A DNA stretch of 32,000 nucleotides from Opitutales bacterium. Its GTDB lineage: Bacteria; Verrucomicrobiota; Verrucomicrobiia; Opitutales; PNEW01. The notes below the pieces were generated by a model that saw only the letters and a list, made by a program, of their open reading frames with translations, was not told where the DNA came from and ran no database searches. This document shows positions 24,634 to 32,000 of this stretch, in pieces; the stretch's first letter is position 1; the number at the start of each line of letters is the position of its first letter. Location of the stretch: contig CBDCNV010000002.1 in assembly GCA_965219535.1 (NCBI GenBank), forward strand, positions 2,070,001 to 2,102,000, written 5' to 3'. Position numbers and translations under genes: made by a program.

Positions 24634-26672
24634 TATGATCCCCGTTTACGAGAGAATTTTTTTCTCCCATAATTATTTCGTCTTCCCTTGTTTTTTGATT
24701 GCGGGTTTAAATAATCGCCTTTGCGTAGAGTGTCAATTTGGTCACGCAGGAGCGCGGCTTGCTCAAAACGAAGATTTTCTGCCGCTTCCAACATCTCAGT
24801 CTCCAATTCAGCTATGACAATTGCTACATCCTGGTTTCCCTTGGCCTCGGAAACGGATATCGGATCTATATCTTCAATTTTATCTTTGTAATGCAGACTG
24901 GCCTGTATTGTTCGCTTAACACTTTTCGGTGTTATCCCATGTATTTGATTGTGGGACATTTGCTTTTCCCGACGCTGATCTGTAATTTCCAGAGTCTTTC
25001 TGAGCGAATCATTTAACTCCTCGGCATATAGGATTACACGGCCTTTTTCGTGACGTGCGGCGCGACCTGCAGTTTGAATGAGACTGGTAAAACTGCGAAG
25101 AAACCCTTCTTTATCTGCGTCGAGAATGGCAACAAGTGCTACTTCTGGCAGATCAAGGCCCTCACGAAGGAGGTTTACCCCGACGAGCACATCAAAATCA
25201 CCGCGCCGCAGATTACGCAGGATCTCGACTCGTTCAATAGCGTCGATATCACTGTGAAGGTATTCCACGCGAATATCGCGCTCACGAAGATAGGTACTTA
25301 AATCTTCAGACATACGTTTGGTGAGAGTGGTGACAAGCACACGTTCATGTTCATTTACCGCCGTCTGAATTTCACCGATGAGATCTTCAACCTGACCCTT
25401 GGTCGAGCGCACTTCCATCAGGGGATCAAGCAGTCCGGTAGGCCGAATCAATTGCTCTGCTACGATAGGGGAGAGCTGTAATTCACGATCGGATGGAGTA
25501 GCGGAAACATAAACCGTTTGACCGGTGATCTCTTTAAATTCATCGGCTCGCAACGGACGGTTGTCGAGAGCGGAGGGCAAGCGAAAGCCATACTCGACAA
25601 GTTTTTCCTTGCGCGAGCGATCACCGCGATACATGCCTCCAATTTGAGGCACCGTGGCATGACTTTCATCAATGATGAGAAGAAAATCGGGTGGGAAAAA
25701 GTCGATCAAGCAAAAGGGACGATCACCTTCATTCCGGCCCGAGAGATGACGGGAGTAATTTTCGATGCCACTGCAAAACCCCATTTCCTGAAGCAGTTCG
25801 AGATCATACTCGGTACGCATACGAATACGTTGAGCTTCGATCAATCGGCCCGATTTTTCAAAAAAACTGACGCGATCTTCTAATTCTTCACGGATCGCTT
25901 GAATAGCTGTATCCACCTTGCGCTTTGGAGTGATATATTGATTGGCAGGATATAAATGAAAGTAATCAAGATTTTTACCTGATTCCCCGGTAAGCGGGTT
26001 GAGTTCCTGTAAGCATTCAATCACGTCCCCCCAGAATTCTACTCGAATAGCGCTTTCCATGTAAGCTGGAAATATATCTATAACTTCGCCTCGTACCCGA
26101 AAGTGTCCGCGACTAAGATCAATATCATTGCGCTCGTATAAATTATCCACCAATCGTTCAAGAAATGCATTACGGTTGAGGGTATCATTCACGCGCAAGG
26201 GAATCATCATTTCCCTGAAATCTTCTGGTGATCCCAGGCCGTAGATACAAGACACACTGGCTACGACAATTACATCCTGCTGACTGATGAGTGCGCTCGT
26301 AGCAGCAATGCGCAGACGTTCGATTTCGTCGTTGATCGAAGAATCTTTCTCTATGTATGTGTCAGTATGCGGTATATACGCTTCAGGTTGATAGTAATCG
26401 TAGTAACTAACAAAGTATTCAACCGCGTTATTGGGGAAAAAGCTTTTAAATTCCGAATAAAGCTGTGCGGCCAACGTTTTGTTGTGTGAAATGACGAGAG
26501 CAGGACGCTGTAATTGTTCAATAATGTTTGCCATCGTGAATGTCTTACCTGAACCTGTGACTCCGAGTAAGGTCTGATCACTGTTTCCCGCCTTAATGGA
26601 TTTTAATAAAGACTCAATCGCCTGAGGCTGATCCCCGGTTGGTTTATAATCTGCTTTTAATTGAAATTTCAT
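24633..26672 (-). CDS. uvrB: Excinuclease ABC subunit B
   Basis: MKFQLKADYKPTGDQPQAI..., Walker A GVTGSGKTFT, the helicase motifs and the C-terminal UVR domain (FEQAALLRDQI) are all present. The product is 679 aa. Confidence 0.95.
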   Translation of the reverse strand: MKFQLKADYKPTGDQPQAIESLLKSIKAGNSDQTLLGVTGSGKTFTMANIIEQLQRPALVISHNKTLAAQLYSEFKSFFPNNAVEYFVSYYDYYQPEAYIPHTDTYIEKDSSINDEIERLRIAATSALISQQDVIVVASVSCIYGLGSPEDFREMMIPLRVNDTLNRNAFLERLVDNLYERNDIDLSRGHFRVRGEVIDIFPAYMESAIRVEFWGDVIECLQELNPLTGESGKNLDYFHLYPANQYITPKRKVDTAIQAIREELEDRVSFFEKSGRLIEAQRIRMRTEYDLELLQEMGFCSGIENYSRHLSGRNEGDRPFCLIDFFPPDFLLIIDESHATVPQIGGMYRGDRSRKEKLVEYGFRLPSALDNRPLRADEFKEITGQTVYVSATPSDRELQLSPIVAEQLIRPTGLLDPLMEVRSTKGQVEDLIGEIQTAVNEHERVLVTTLTKRMSEDLSTYLRERDIRVEYLHSDIDAIERVEILRNLRRGDFDVLVGVNLLREGLDLPEVALVAILDADKEGFLRSFTSLIQTAGRAARHEKGRVILYAEELNDSLRKTLEITDQRREKQMSHNQIHGITPKSVKRTIQASLHYKDKIEDIDPISVSEAKGNQDVAIVIAELETEMLEAAENLRFEQAALLRDQIDTLRKGDYLNPQSKNKGRRNNYGRKKFSRKRGS

Positions 26673-26839
26673 TAAGTTAGGAATAAACCGTTAATCACCA
26701 CTTTATATCAACGTGTTAATCATAAGTTTTCAACATTATCTAATAGGCTGTTAATGATTTGCGCCCAGATTATCGTGACTCTCAACTATCATACCACTAA
26801 GTTAATTCATATAATATCAAATTGTGAAAGGAGTAAGTA

Positions 26840-27034
26840 ATGAAAATAGAAGAGCTCCCAAAATGGATGCATGCAATACCCGTATTAATTGGCGTGACCT
26901 TATCGATTATTGGCATCCAATTCGGACCAGCAATGGGTGTTCGTGGTACTATCGGCCCTATTATAGGATTACCTGTTGGTGTGATAATTGGTTTTGTAAT
27001 TCTCGCCTTATACGCTAAATCAAAAGGTGATTGA
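26840..27034 (+). CDS. Small membrane protein (64 aa, two predicted TM helices, Gly-zipper rich)
   Basis: A strong SD, AAGGAG at 26828-26833, lies 6 nt before ATG 26840. A TATAAT hexamer sits at 26810-26815. The hydrophobic segments are IPVLIGVTLSIIGIQFG and GPIIGLPVGVIIGFVILALY. Confidence 0.55.
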   Translation: MKIEELPKWMHAIPVLIGVTLSIIGIQFGPAMGVRGTIGPIIGLPVGVIIGFVILALYAKSKGD

Positions 27035-27096
27035 TTAGAATATTCACCCTTGTGTGCGCGTGCTGAAAATGAATGGATCAGAATTAAAAAGGAATA

Positions 27097-27396
27097 ATGA
27101 TGGAAAATGAGAATATTATTGAACCGACTTTTAACCGTATTCTGAGAATTTGGTGGAGTTATATATGGCGAGTGACGTTATTTAGTATGCTTCTTGGATT
27201 CGTTCTCGGTTTTGCAGCAGGGTTTATTACAGGAATACTGGGGCGAGGAGATCTTGCTCAAAATGTAGCGGCATCACTTGGATGGTTAGGATCAATCCCC
27301 GTTTCCATTTATGTAATGGGGATAGTCCTGAAAAAAAACCATGGCGACTTTACGATATGCCTTATGAAAGCATCTGACGATTTCCGTGTGGGGTAA
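27097..27396 (+). CDS. Small membrane protein (99 aa, two predicted TM helices)
   Basis: The product contains WRVTLFSMLLGFVLGFAAGFITGIL and LGWLGSIPVSIYVMGIVL. AAGGA lies upstream of the ATG. I recognised no family. Confidence 0.5.
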   Translation: MMENENIIEPTFNRILRIWWSYIWRVTLFSMLLGFVLGFAAGFITGILGRGDLAQNVAASLGWLGSIPVSIYVMGIVLKKNHGDFTICLMKASDDFRVG

Positions 27397-27476
27397 TATT
27401 GTTAACGATCTAATACCCTTTGCCCTTTGAATTGACACCCCTGGCTGATCCGCAACACGAAAATTAAGTATTTCTT

Positions 27477-28379
27477 ATGGACTTAAAATATATCGAACAT
27501 GCAAAGGATCTCGTCGAAATTAAAGACGAATCAAATCCTTACGATTTTGAGAATATATTTAAATTGGGCTCGTTTGGAGAAAGAAGATTATCAAAAAGAA
27601 AACTTAAAATTCTTAAGGCCATTGATCCTACGGTAAGAAAAATGCTTAAAGATGGAGAAAATGTATATTACATGACGGACGGGATTAGAACGAGCAGCCT
27701 TGAGAATCTTTTTATTGGTTGGGTCGCTTATTACTATATTTACATGGCCTTTGTATTCACCTCGGAAAGAGTAATTCTAATTCATTTAAAATCTAAAAGA
27801 AAGAAGGGTGCATATGTAGGTGAAATTAAATATACGGATATTAAATCCATTCATTCCAGTTTTTTGGGAAACTTTACTTTAAAATTTCACAATAATAAAA
27901 ATGTTCTCTTTAGAAAAGTTCCGCGAAAGGATCGAAAGTTTTTGAAAGAATTCCTGAATCCGATTCTTGGGCAAGCGGAGTCGATTGCAGATACAGTTAT
28001 ACCTGGTATACGAAATCTTTGCCCACGATGCTTTGTACACATTACTGATTACCCCAGCCTTTGTCCCAATTGTTCATGTAAATTAAAAAGTCCGGTAATA
28101 GCAGGTTGTCTTTCCTTAATATTACCCGGTATGGGAGATATCTATCTGGGTTCCAAATTCCTCGGCTTTTTGGAATTGGTAATTATGATCACTATTTGGG
28201 CTGGATTGATCGTAGGAATTATCGAAGAATATCAGATGGGCTCCAATATCTATGAATTACTCATTCCCATTATGATATTCATGTTCATAGTTCATGGAAC
28301 GGATGCTTTAAAAAGCAGGTATTTAGCGCGCAAGGGGGTTTTTCCCAATGAAAAGATTAACTATGATGCTGGTAGTTAG
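27477..28379 (+). CDS. Hypothetical membrane protein: N-terminal bacterial PH-like domain, CxxC...CxxC zinc ribbon, C-terminal TM region with a G-x-G-x-x-Y-x-G motif
   Basis: VYYMTDGI...FVFTSERVILIHLKSKRKKGAYVGEIKYTDIKSI...FTLKFHNNKNVLFRKV resembles bPH/YokE-like domains. The zinc ribbon is CPRCFVHITDYPSLCPNCSC. The C-terminus (LSLILPGMGDIYLGSKFLGFLELVIMITIWAGLIVGII plus a further helix) is TM2-like. The gene is very AT-rich. Confidence 0.55.
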   Translation: MDLKYIEHAKDLVEIKDESNPYDFENIFKLGSFGERRLSKRKLKILKAIDPTVRKMLKDGENVYYMTDGIRTSSLENLFIGWVAYYYIYMAFVFTSERVILIHLKSKRKKGAYVGEIKYTDIKSIHSSFLGNFTLKFHNNKNVLFRKVPRKDRKFLKEFLNPILGQAESIADTVIPGIRNLCPRCFVHITDYPSLCPNCSCKLKSPVIAGCLSLILPGMGDIYLGSKFLGFLELVIMITIWAGLIVGIIEEYQMGSNIYELLIPIMIFMFIVHGTDALKSRYLARKGVFPNEKINYDAGS

Positions 28380-28457
28380 CGTTGATTAAAAGTTGATCTT
28401 ATTACCAATCTATTTTGGTAGTCTTCACTGAAATTGAATTAAAATAAAGCTATTCTC

Positions 28458-29066
28458 GTGATTTCACATCAATACAAATGTATATTAGTTAAGGTTCCTA
28501 AAACTGCTGGGACAAGTATCTCCATGGCATTGAACTGTTCGCATATCTTAAAGCCGCATCGGGATATTAAAGAAATAAAGCAAGCATTGGAAATGAATCC
28601 GAAGATCGGATGTTCTGATAACGAAGAACCAAATTCCATTGATCCTTATAATGAATATTTCAAGTTTGGATTTGTAAGAAATCCCTGGAGCAGGGTGGTT
28701 TCGCTCTATAATCGAAAAGAAGGAATACAACCTTCGCAGACAATGAATTTCGATGATTTTGTTAATACGATTAATTATAGTAGCGATGCTTGTGTCCATC
28801 CATCACAGCATAAAAACCAGTTGGACTGGTTTACCGATCTCGACGGTGAAGTCGTTGTTGATTTCATTGGGAAATTTGAAAATCTGGAAGGTGATTGGCA
28901 AAAAATATGCAAAAAGTTATCCGTTAATATCAAACTTCCCCACACCAGGAAAAATCCATTTAATCAACGGCCCTATCAGGAATATTACACGGATATTACG
29001 AGAGAGATGATTGGAGATAAGTTTCACGTGGATATTGAATATTTTAACTATGAGTTTGATCAATAA
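28458..29066 (+). CDS. Sulfotransferase family protein (PAPS-dependent, Sulfotransfer_2-like)
   Basis: From the GTG start, the 5'-PSB-like loop is VKVPKTAGTSI and the 3'-PB-like motif is FVRNPWSRVVSLY. The product is 202 aa. Confidence 0.7.
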   Translation: MISHQYKCILVKVPKTAGTSISMALNCSHILKPHRDIKEIKQALEMNPKIGCSDNEEPNSIDPYNEYFKFGFVRNPWSRVVSLYNRKEGIQPSQTMNFDDFVNTINYSSDACVHPSQHKNQLDWFTDLDGEVVVDFIGKFENLEGDWQKICKKLSVNIKLPHTRKNPFNQRPYQEYYTDITREMIGDKFHVDIEYFNYEFDQ

Positions 29067-29123
29067 CCGTCGATGATAGTTCACTTATGTTTTAACTATC
29101 GAAGTGAATAAATCCTTATAGCG

Positions 29124-29342
29124 ATGGCCGGTCTGGATAGTAGTTTTATTGCCGATTTTTTTCAGCGTTATAATATTCCAATAAATCCATACCTCTTAAT
29201 AGCCCTCATTTTATTGGGGTTAGTAATTTTTTGGTACGTTATCCGTTTTTTCTTCCGACTGACACTCCGTATTTTTTTCTTCGGATTAATTATTCTCGTG
29301 GTTCTGAGTGTAGGTTTATTTGTATTCGTCTATTTATCCTGA
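29124..29342 (+). CDS. Small membrane protein (72 aa, two predicted TM helices)
   Basis: The product contains PYLLIALILLGLVIFWYVIRFFF and IFFFGLIILVVLSVGLFVFVYL. I recognised no family, and coding status rests only on ORF length and hydrophobic periodicity. Confidence 0.4.
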   Translation: MAGLDSSFIADFFQRYNIPINPYLLIALILLGLVIFWYVIRFFFRLTLRIFFFGLIILVVLSVGLFVFVYLS

Positions 29343-29433
29343 TTTTAATTTACAGGTGTGATTTCAATCTACACCTTGATAGTTAAAGTAAATAATAAAT
29401 CATCGCGCATCTAATTTTTGCCCGCCGTAAATT

Positions 29434-30915
29434 ATGAAAAAAAAATCAAATATTCTTTTTATTATAACCGATCAACAACGGACTGATACGCTTGGATTTT
29501 TAAATAGAACGCCTTGTCAGACGCCCCATATAGACAGATTAGCGAGCAGGGGGATTTCATTTGATCAGTGTATCACCCCGGATCCGATTTGCGGACCTGC
29601 CCGGGCAGCAATGTTTTCCGGTCGCTACCCTCACCAGCTAAGGAGTGAGGTATGCCCTGAAGGTCTTGGCGTTACAGGGAGAAATTATGGTAGGGATATG
29701 ATGCTGAATACCTATTCAATCCGTGAAACTCCTGATCTCACAAACCTGCTTAAAGGGGAGGGATATTCTACTGCCTATGCGGGAAAATGGCATGTAGGGG
29801 AAGATATTATCGGTGACTGGTTTGAAAGAGTGGAGGGGAATAGATTAAAGAAATACTCCGAGTGGCTTAAAGAGAATAATCTTCCCGACGGGTGGGCCAT
29901 GAATGACGATGACGTAAAAACACACCGGTTCCCCCATATGTCGATACCTTTTCCTAAGGTGAGTCCGCTGGAAGCCTCCCAGACTGTCGATGCCTGGATC
30001 GCGGATATTGCCATTCGTCAGATAGAAGAGCGTCCTAAAGATCAGTCTTTCTTTCAAGTCTGCAGTTTCATCGGGCCCCATCCACCATTTAAAATCCCTG
30101 AACCTTACTTCAGCTTATACGATCCTGAATCTATTCCCGAACCTCCAAATTTTAAACCATCGTCATTAGAACCAGCATGTAAGGATTATAGCTTTTACCG
30201 CCATATTAGGCAGGACTACAGTGAAGACTGGAGTGAATGGAAAAAGTCTGTTGCCGTCTACTGGGGGTTTGTGAAAATGATGGATGATCAGGTTGGTCGT
30301 CTAATCGATTGCCTGGAGCGAGATCAGTTGCTGGATGAGACGTTGATCATATTTTGCAGTGACCATGGGGAGATGCTTGGACAGCATGGATTATGGCAGA
30401 AAATGCAACCCTACGAAGAGTCATTGCGCGTGCCGCTTGTCATGGCTGTGCCCGGGATGAAAGAGGGGGAGGGGATTCGCAGTCAAGCCGGAGCGTCGCT
30501 CATCGATATAGCTCCTACCATCCTTTCTGTAGCCGGTGTTAAAGCACCGGAAAATTACGAGGGAATAGATCTATCACCATCATTTACTGATGGGACGACA
30601 TTAAAAGAGGACCGTATGCTGTTTAGTGAACAGAAACCACTCGGGCATTTTCACGGAGAAGTAGATTGGCGCTTAGCTACCGATAATCGCTATAAATATG
30701 TCTGGAACCGCACGGATCGAGATGAATTTTATGATCTATCAGCAGATCCCTGGGAAACTAAGAATTTAATAAATAATTCAGATCTGAAATCAGTGATTTC
30801 AACTTACCAGGATGCTTTATTCAAGTGGTTGAAAGATACCGCTGACCCGCTTTTATCCGACTATGAATATGAATTGTCTTTGAATGATCAATTGAGGGAT
30901 ATTCTGCCTAAATAA
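29434..30915 (+). CDS. Sulfatase (arylsulfatase A family, formylglycine-dependent) without a recognisable signal peptide
   Basis: The protein starts directly with the first catalytic strand, MKKKSNILFIITDQQRTD. The C-x-P-x-R formylglycine motif is in PICGPARAAMFSGRYP, and ...GKWH... and ...FCSDHGEMLGQHGL... are also present. The product is 493 aa. Confidence 0.85.
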   Translation: MKKKSNILFIITDQQRTDTLGFLNRTPCQTPHIDRLASRGISFDQCITPDPICGPARAAMFSGRYPHQLRSEVCPEGLGVTGRNYGRDMMLNTYSIRETPDLTNLLKGEGYSTAYAGKWHVGEDIIGDWFERVEGNRLKKYSEWLKENNLPDGWAMNDDDVKTHRFPHMSIPFPKVSPLEASQTVDAWIADIAIRQIEERPKDQSFFQVCSFIGPHPPFKIPEPYFSLYDPESIPEPPNFKPSSLEPACKDYSFYRHIRQDYSEDWSEWKKSVAVYWGFVKMMDDQVGRLIDCLERDQLLDETLIIFCSDHGEMLGQHGLWQKMQPYEESLRVPLVMAVPGMKEGEGIRSQAGASLIDIAPTILSVAGVKAPENYEGIDLSPSFTDGTTLKEDRMLFSEQKPLGHFHGEVDWRLATDNRYKYVWNRTDRDEFYDLSADPWETKNLINNSDLKSVISTYQDALFKWLKDTADPLLSDYEYELSLNDQLRDILPK

Positions 30916-30950
30916 ATTGATATTAATTACACCAGGATTCACCGTTCGAT

Positions 30951-30998
30951 CGCATTCCGCATCCACGCATATTCTCATTCTCGCATAAACGCATAGCC
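30951..30998. repeat. Degenerate 7-8 nt periodic CGCAT(Y)C array between the convergent sulfatase and transporter genes
   Basis: The sequence reads cgcattc cgcatcc acgcata ttctcat tctcgca taaacgc atagccg. cgcat starts at 30951, 30958, 30966, 30982 and 30990. ccgcatc is the reverse complement of the gatgcgg units at 21009 and 21311. Confidence 0.6.
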
Positions 30999-31011
30999 GC
31001 TTTAGCACTTA

Positions 31012-32000
31012 TTATTCGATCGCATAGATTTCTTTTTCACCTTCGGTCTTTCCGATAATAACCGCTCCACAGGTATCACTGTAGACATTAACCGCGGTGC
31101 GACACATATCGAGAATACGGTCTGTTACCCAGACGAGGCCCACTGCTTCAACGGGCAGGCCAACTACCCCAAGAATTACGGTAATCGCAACAAGGCTGGC
31201 CGCCGGTATTCCAGCAACTCCGACCGAAGTTAATAATGCCAGTAGAACGACAGAAAACTGGGTCGCAAAACCGATTTCGAATCCCTGCAAAACACCATAA
31301 ATCTGGGCGATAAAAATGATGACAACACACTCATAGAGAGCGGTGCCATCCATGTTAACTGTCGCCCCCAGGGGGAGGGTAAAGCTGGCGGTCCGATTGG
31401 AAACAACCGCATTCTTTTCTACTGTTTCGAGGGTGACAGGTAGGGTTGAAGCTGAGGATGCGGTGGAAAAAGCAGTAAGTAAAACCGGGGCCATCGACTT
31501 GAGATGTAGGATGGGATTAACTTTTGCTACAAATTTTAATAATAATCCTAAACTGAGTAAAAAATGAATACCCAAAGCGAGAACAACAGTAATGAAAAAC
31601 AAGAGCAATGGCTTAAATAATCCGAATCCTGTTCTCAGGATGATCGGCGTAACAAGTCCAAATACTCCTAGCGGTGCAAATTTAATCACTAAATTAGTGA
31701 TTCGCATCATTACCCCTTGGATACTTTCCCATAAAGTGGACTGAAATTCTAACTGTCGTTGTGGCAGCTTACTGATAAAATAACCAAAGAGCAGACTGAA
31801 CATGATTAGCCCTAATAGTTGTCCATTATCAGTAGCCGCTTTTATGATATTGGGTGGAACCATACGAATAAAGATATTGATCATTTCACCACTTCCACGG
31901 CCTTCAACTTTGTGCATAAATGCCTCTGCACTCTGGGCCTGCCCTACAATTTGAGTGGCAAGTTCAGAGGAAACAGACCCCGGTCTGATAATGTTTACAA
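31012..32000 (-). CDS. Dicarboxylate/amino acid:cation symporter (DAACS/SDF family); the N-terminus lies outside the window
   Basis: The frame stays open upstream of the ATG at 31917 as far as the window edge (...VNIIRPGSVSSELATQIVGQAQSAEAFMHKVEG...). The family motifs are SSASTLP, TVNMDGTALYE and DRILDMCRTAVNV. Confidence 0.85.
   Translation of the reverse strand, partial: VNIIRPGSVSSELATQIVGQAQSAEAFMHKVEGRGSGEMINIFIRMVPPNIIKAATDNGQLLGLIMFSLLFGYFISKLPQRQLEFQSTLWESIQGVMMRITNLVIKFAPLGVFGLVTPIILRTGFGLFKPLLLFFITVVLALGIHFLLSLGLLLKFVAKVNPILHLKSMAPVLLTAFSTASSASTLPVTLETVEKNAVVSNRTASFTLPLGATVNMDGTALYECVVIIFIAQIYGVLQGFEIGFATQFSVVLLALLTSVGVAGIPAASLVAITVILGVVGLPVEAVGLVWVTDRILDMCRTAVNVYSDTCGAVIIGKTEGEKEIYAIE

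Noticed and set aside
24635-25883. Plus-strand ORFs inside uvrB (24635..24817, 24738..25016, 25050..25301, 25518..25883)
   Set aside because: They are antisense to an unmistakable uvrB and have no independent signals.
26824-27018. Alternative frame ORF overlapping the 64-aa membrane protein
   Set aside because: It has a GTG start inside the SD region and a Cys/Trp/Arg-rich non-membrane-like product. The 26840 frame has an AAGGAG at ideal spacing and clean TM helices.

Overview
This is a 32 kb chromosomal window from a moderately AT-rich bacterium. Gene content (sulfatase plus sulfotransferase, a large Ig-like surface protein, DciA, weak Shine-Dalgarno usage) suggests a marine PVC-group organism (Verrucomicrobiota/Lentisphaerota-like); that is inference only. 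Most of the window is housekeeping: hisI, a sodium:solute symporter, prfB (with its classical +1 programmed frameshift, which the ORF track splits), surE, the rpsO-pnp operon, a DciA-like protein, sppA, a SufT-like protein, a Xer recombinase, sucCD, uvrB and a DAACS transporter. There is also an LPS-core-like cluster (two FkbM methyltransferases, GT2, GT9) and an AT-rich accessory stretch (26.7-29.4 kb) with three tiny membrane proteins, a PH-like/zinc-ribbon/TM protein and a sulfotransferase next to a sulfatase with no signal peptide. I found no rRNA, tRNA, CRISPR array, transposase, phage gene or recognisable defence system, and no convincing novel multi-gene protein system. The most unusual signal is non-coding. 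A dispersed ~85-100 bp palindromic intergenic element (arms CTTCGTCTTCGTC / GACGAAGACGAAG) occurs at three loci. It is associated with arrays of tandem heptanucleotides (GTGAACA x10 perfect, GATATYC, TAATTCY, GAnnnCG, CGCATYC) that fill six intergenic regions. The largest composite (20958-21335) lies directly after the Xer recombinase gene. This repeat system is my best candidate for undescribed biology; all functional interpretation of it is inference.
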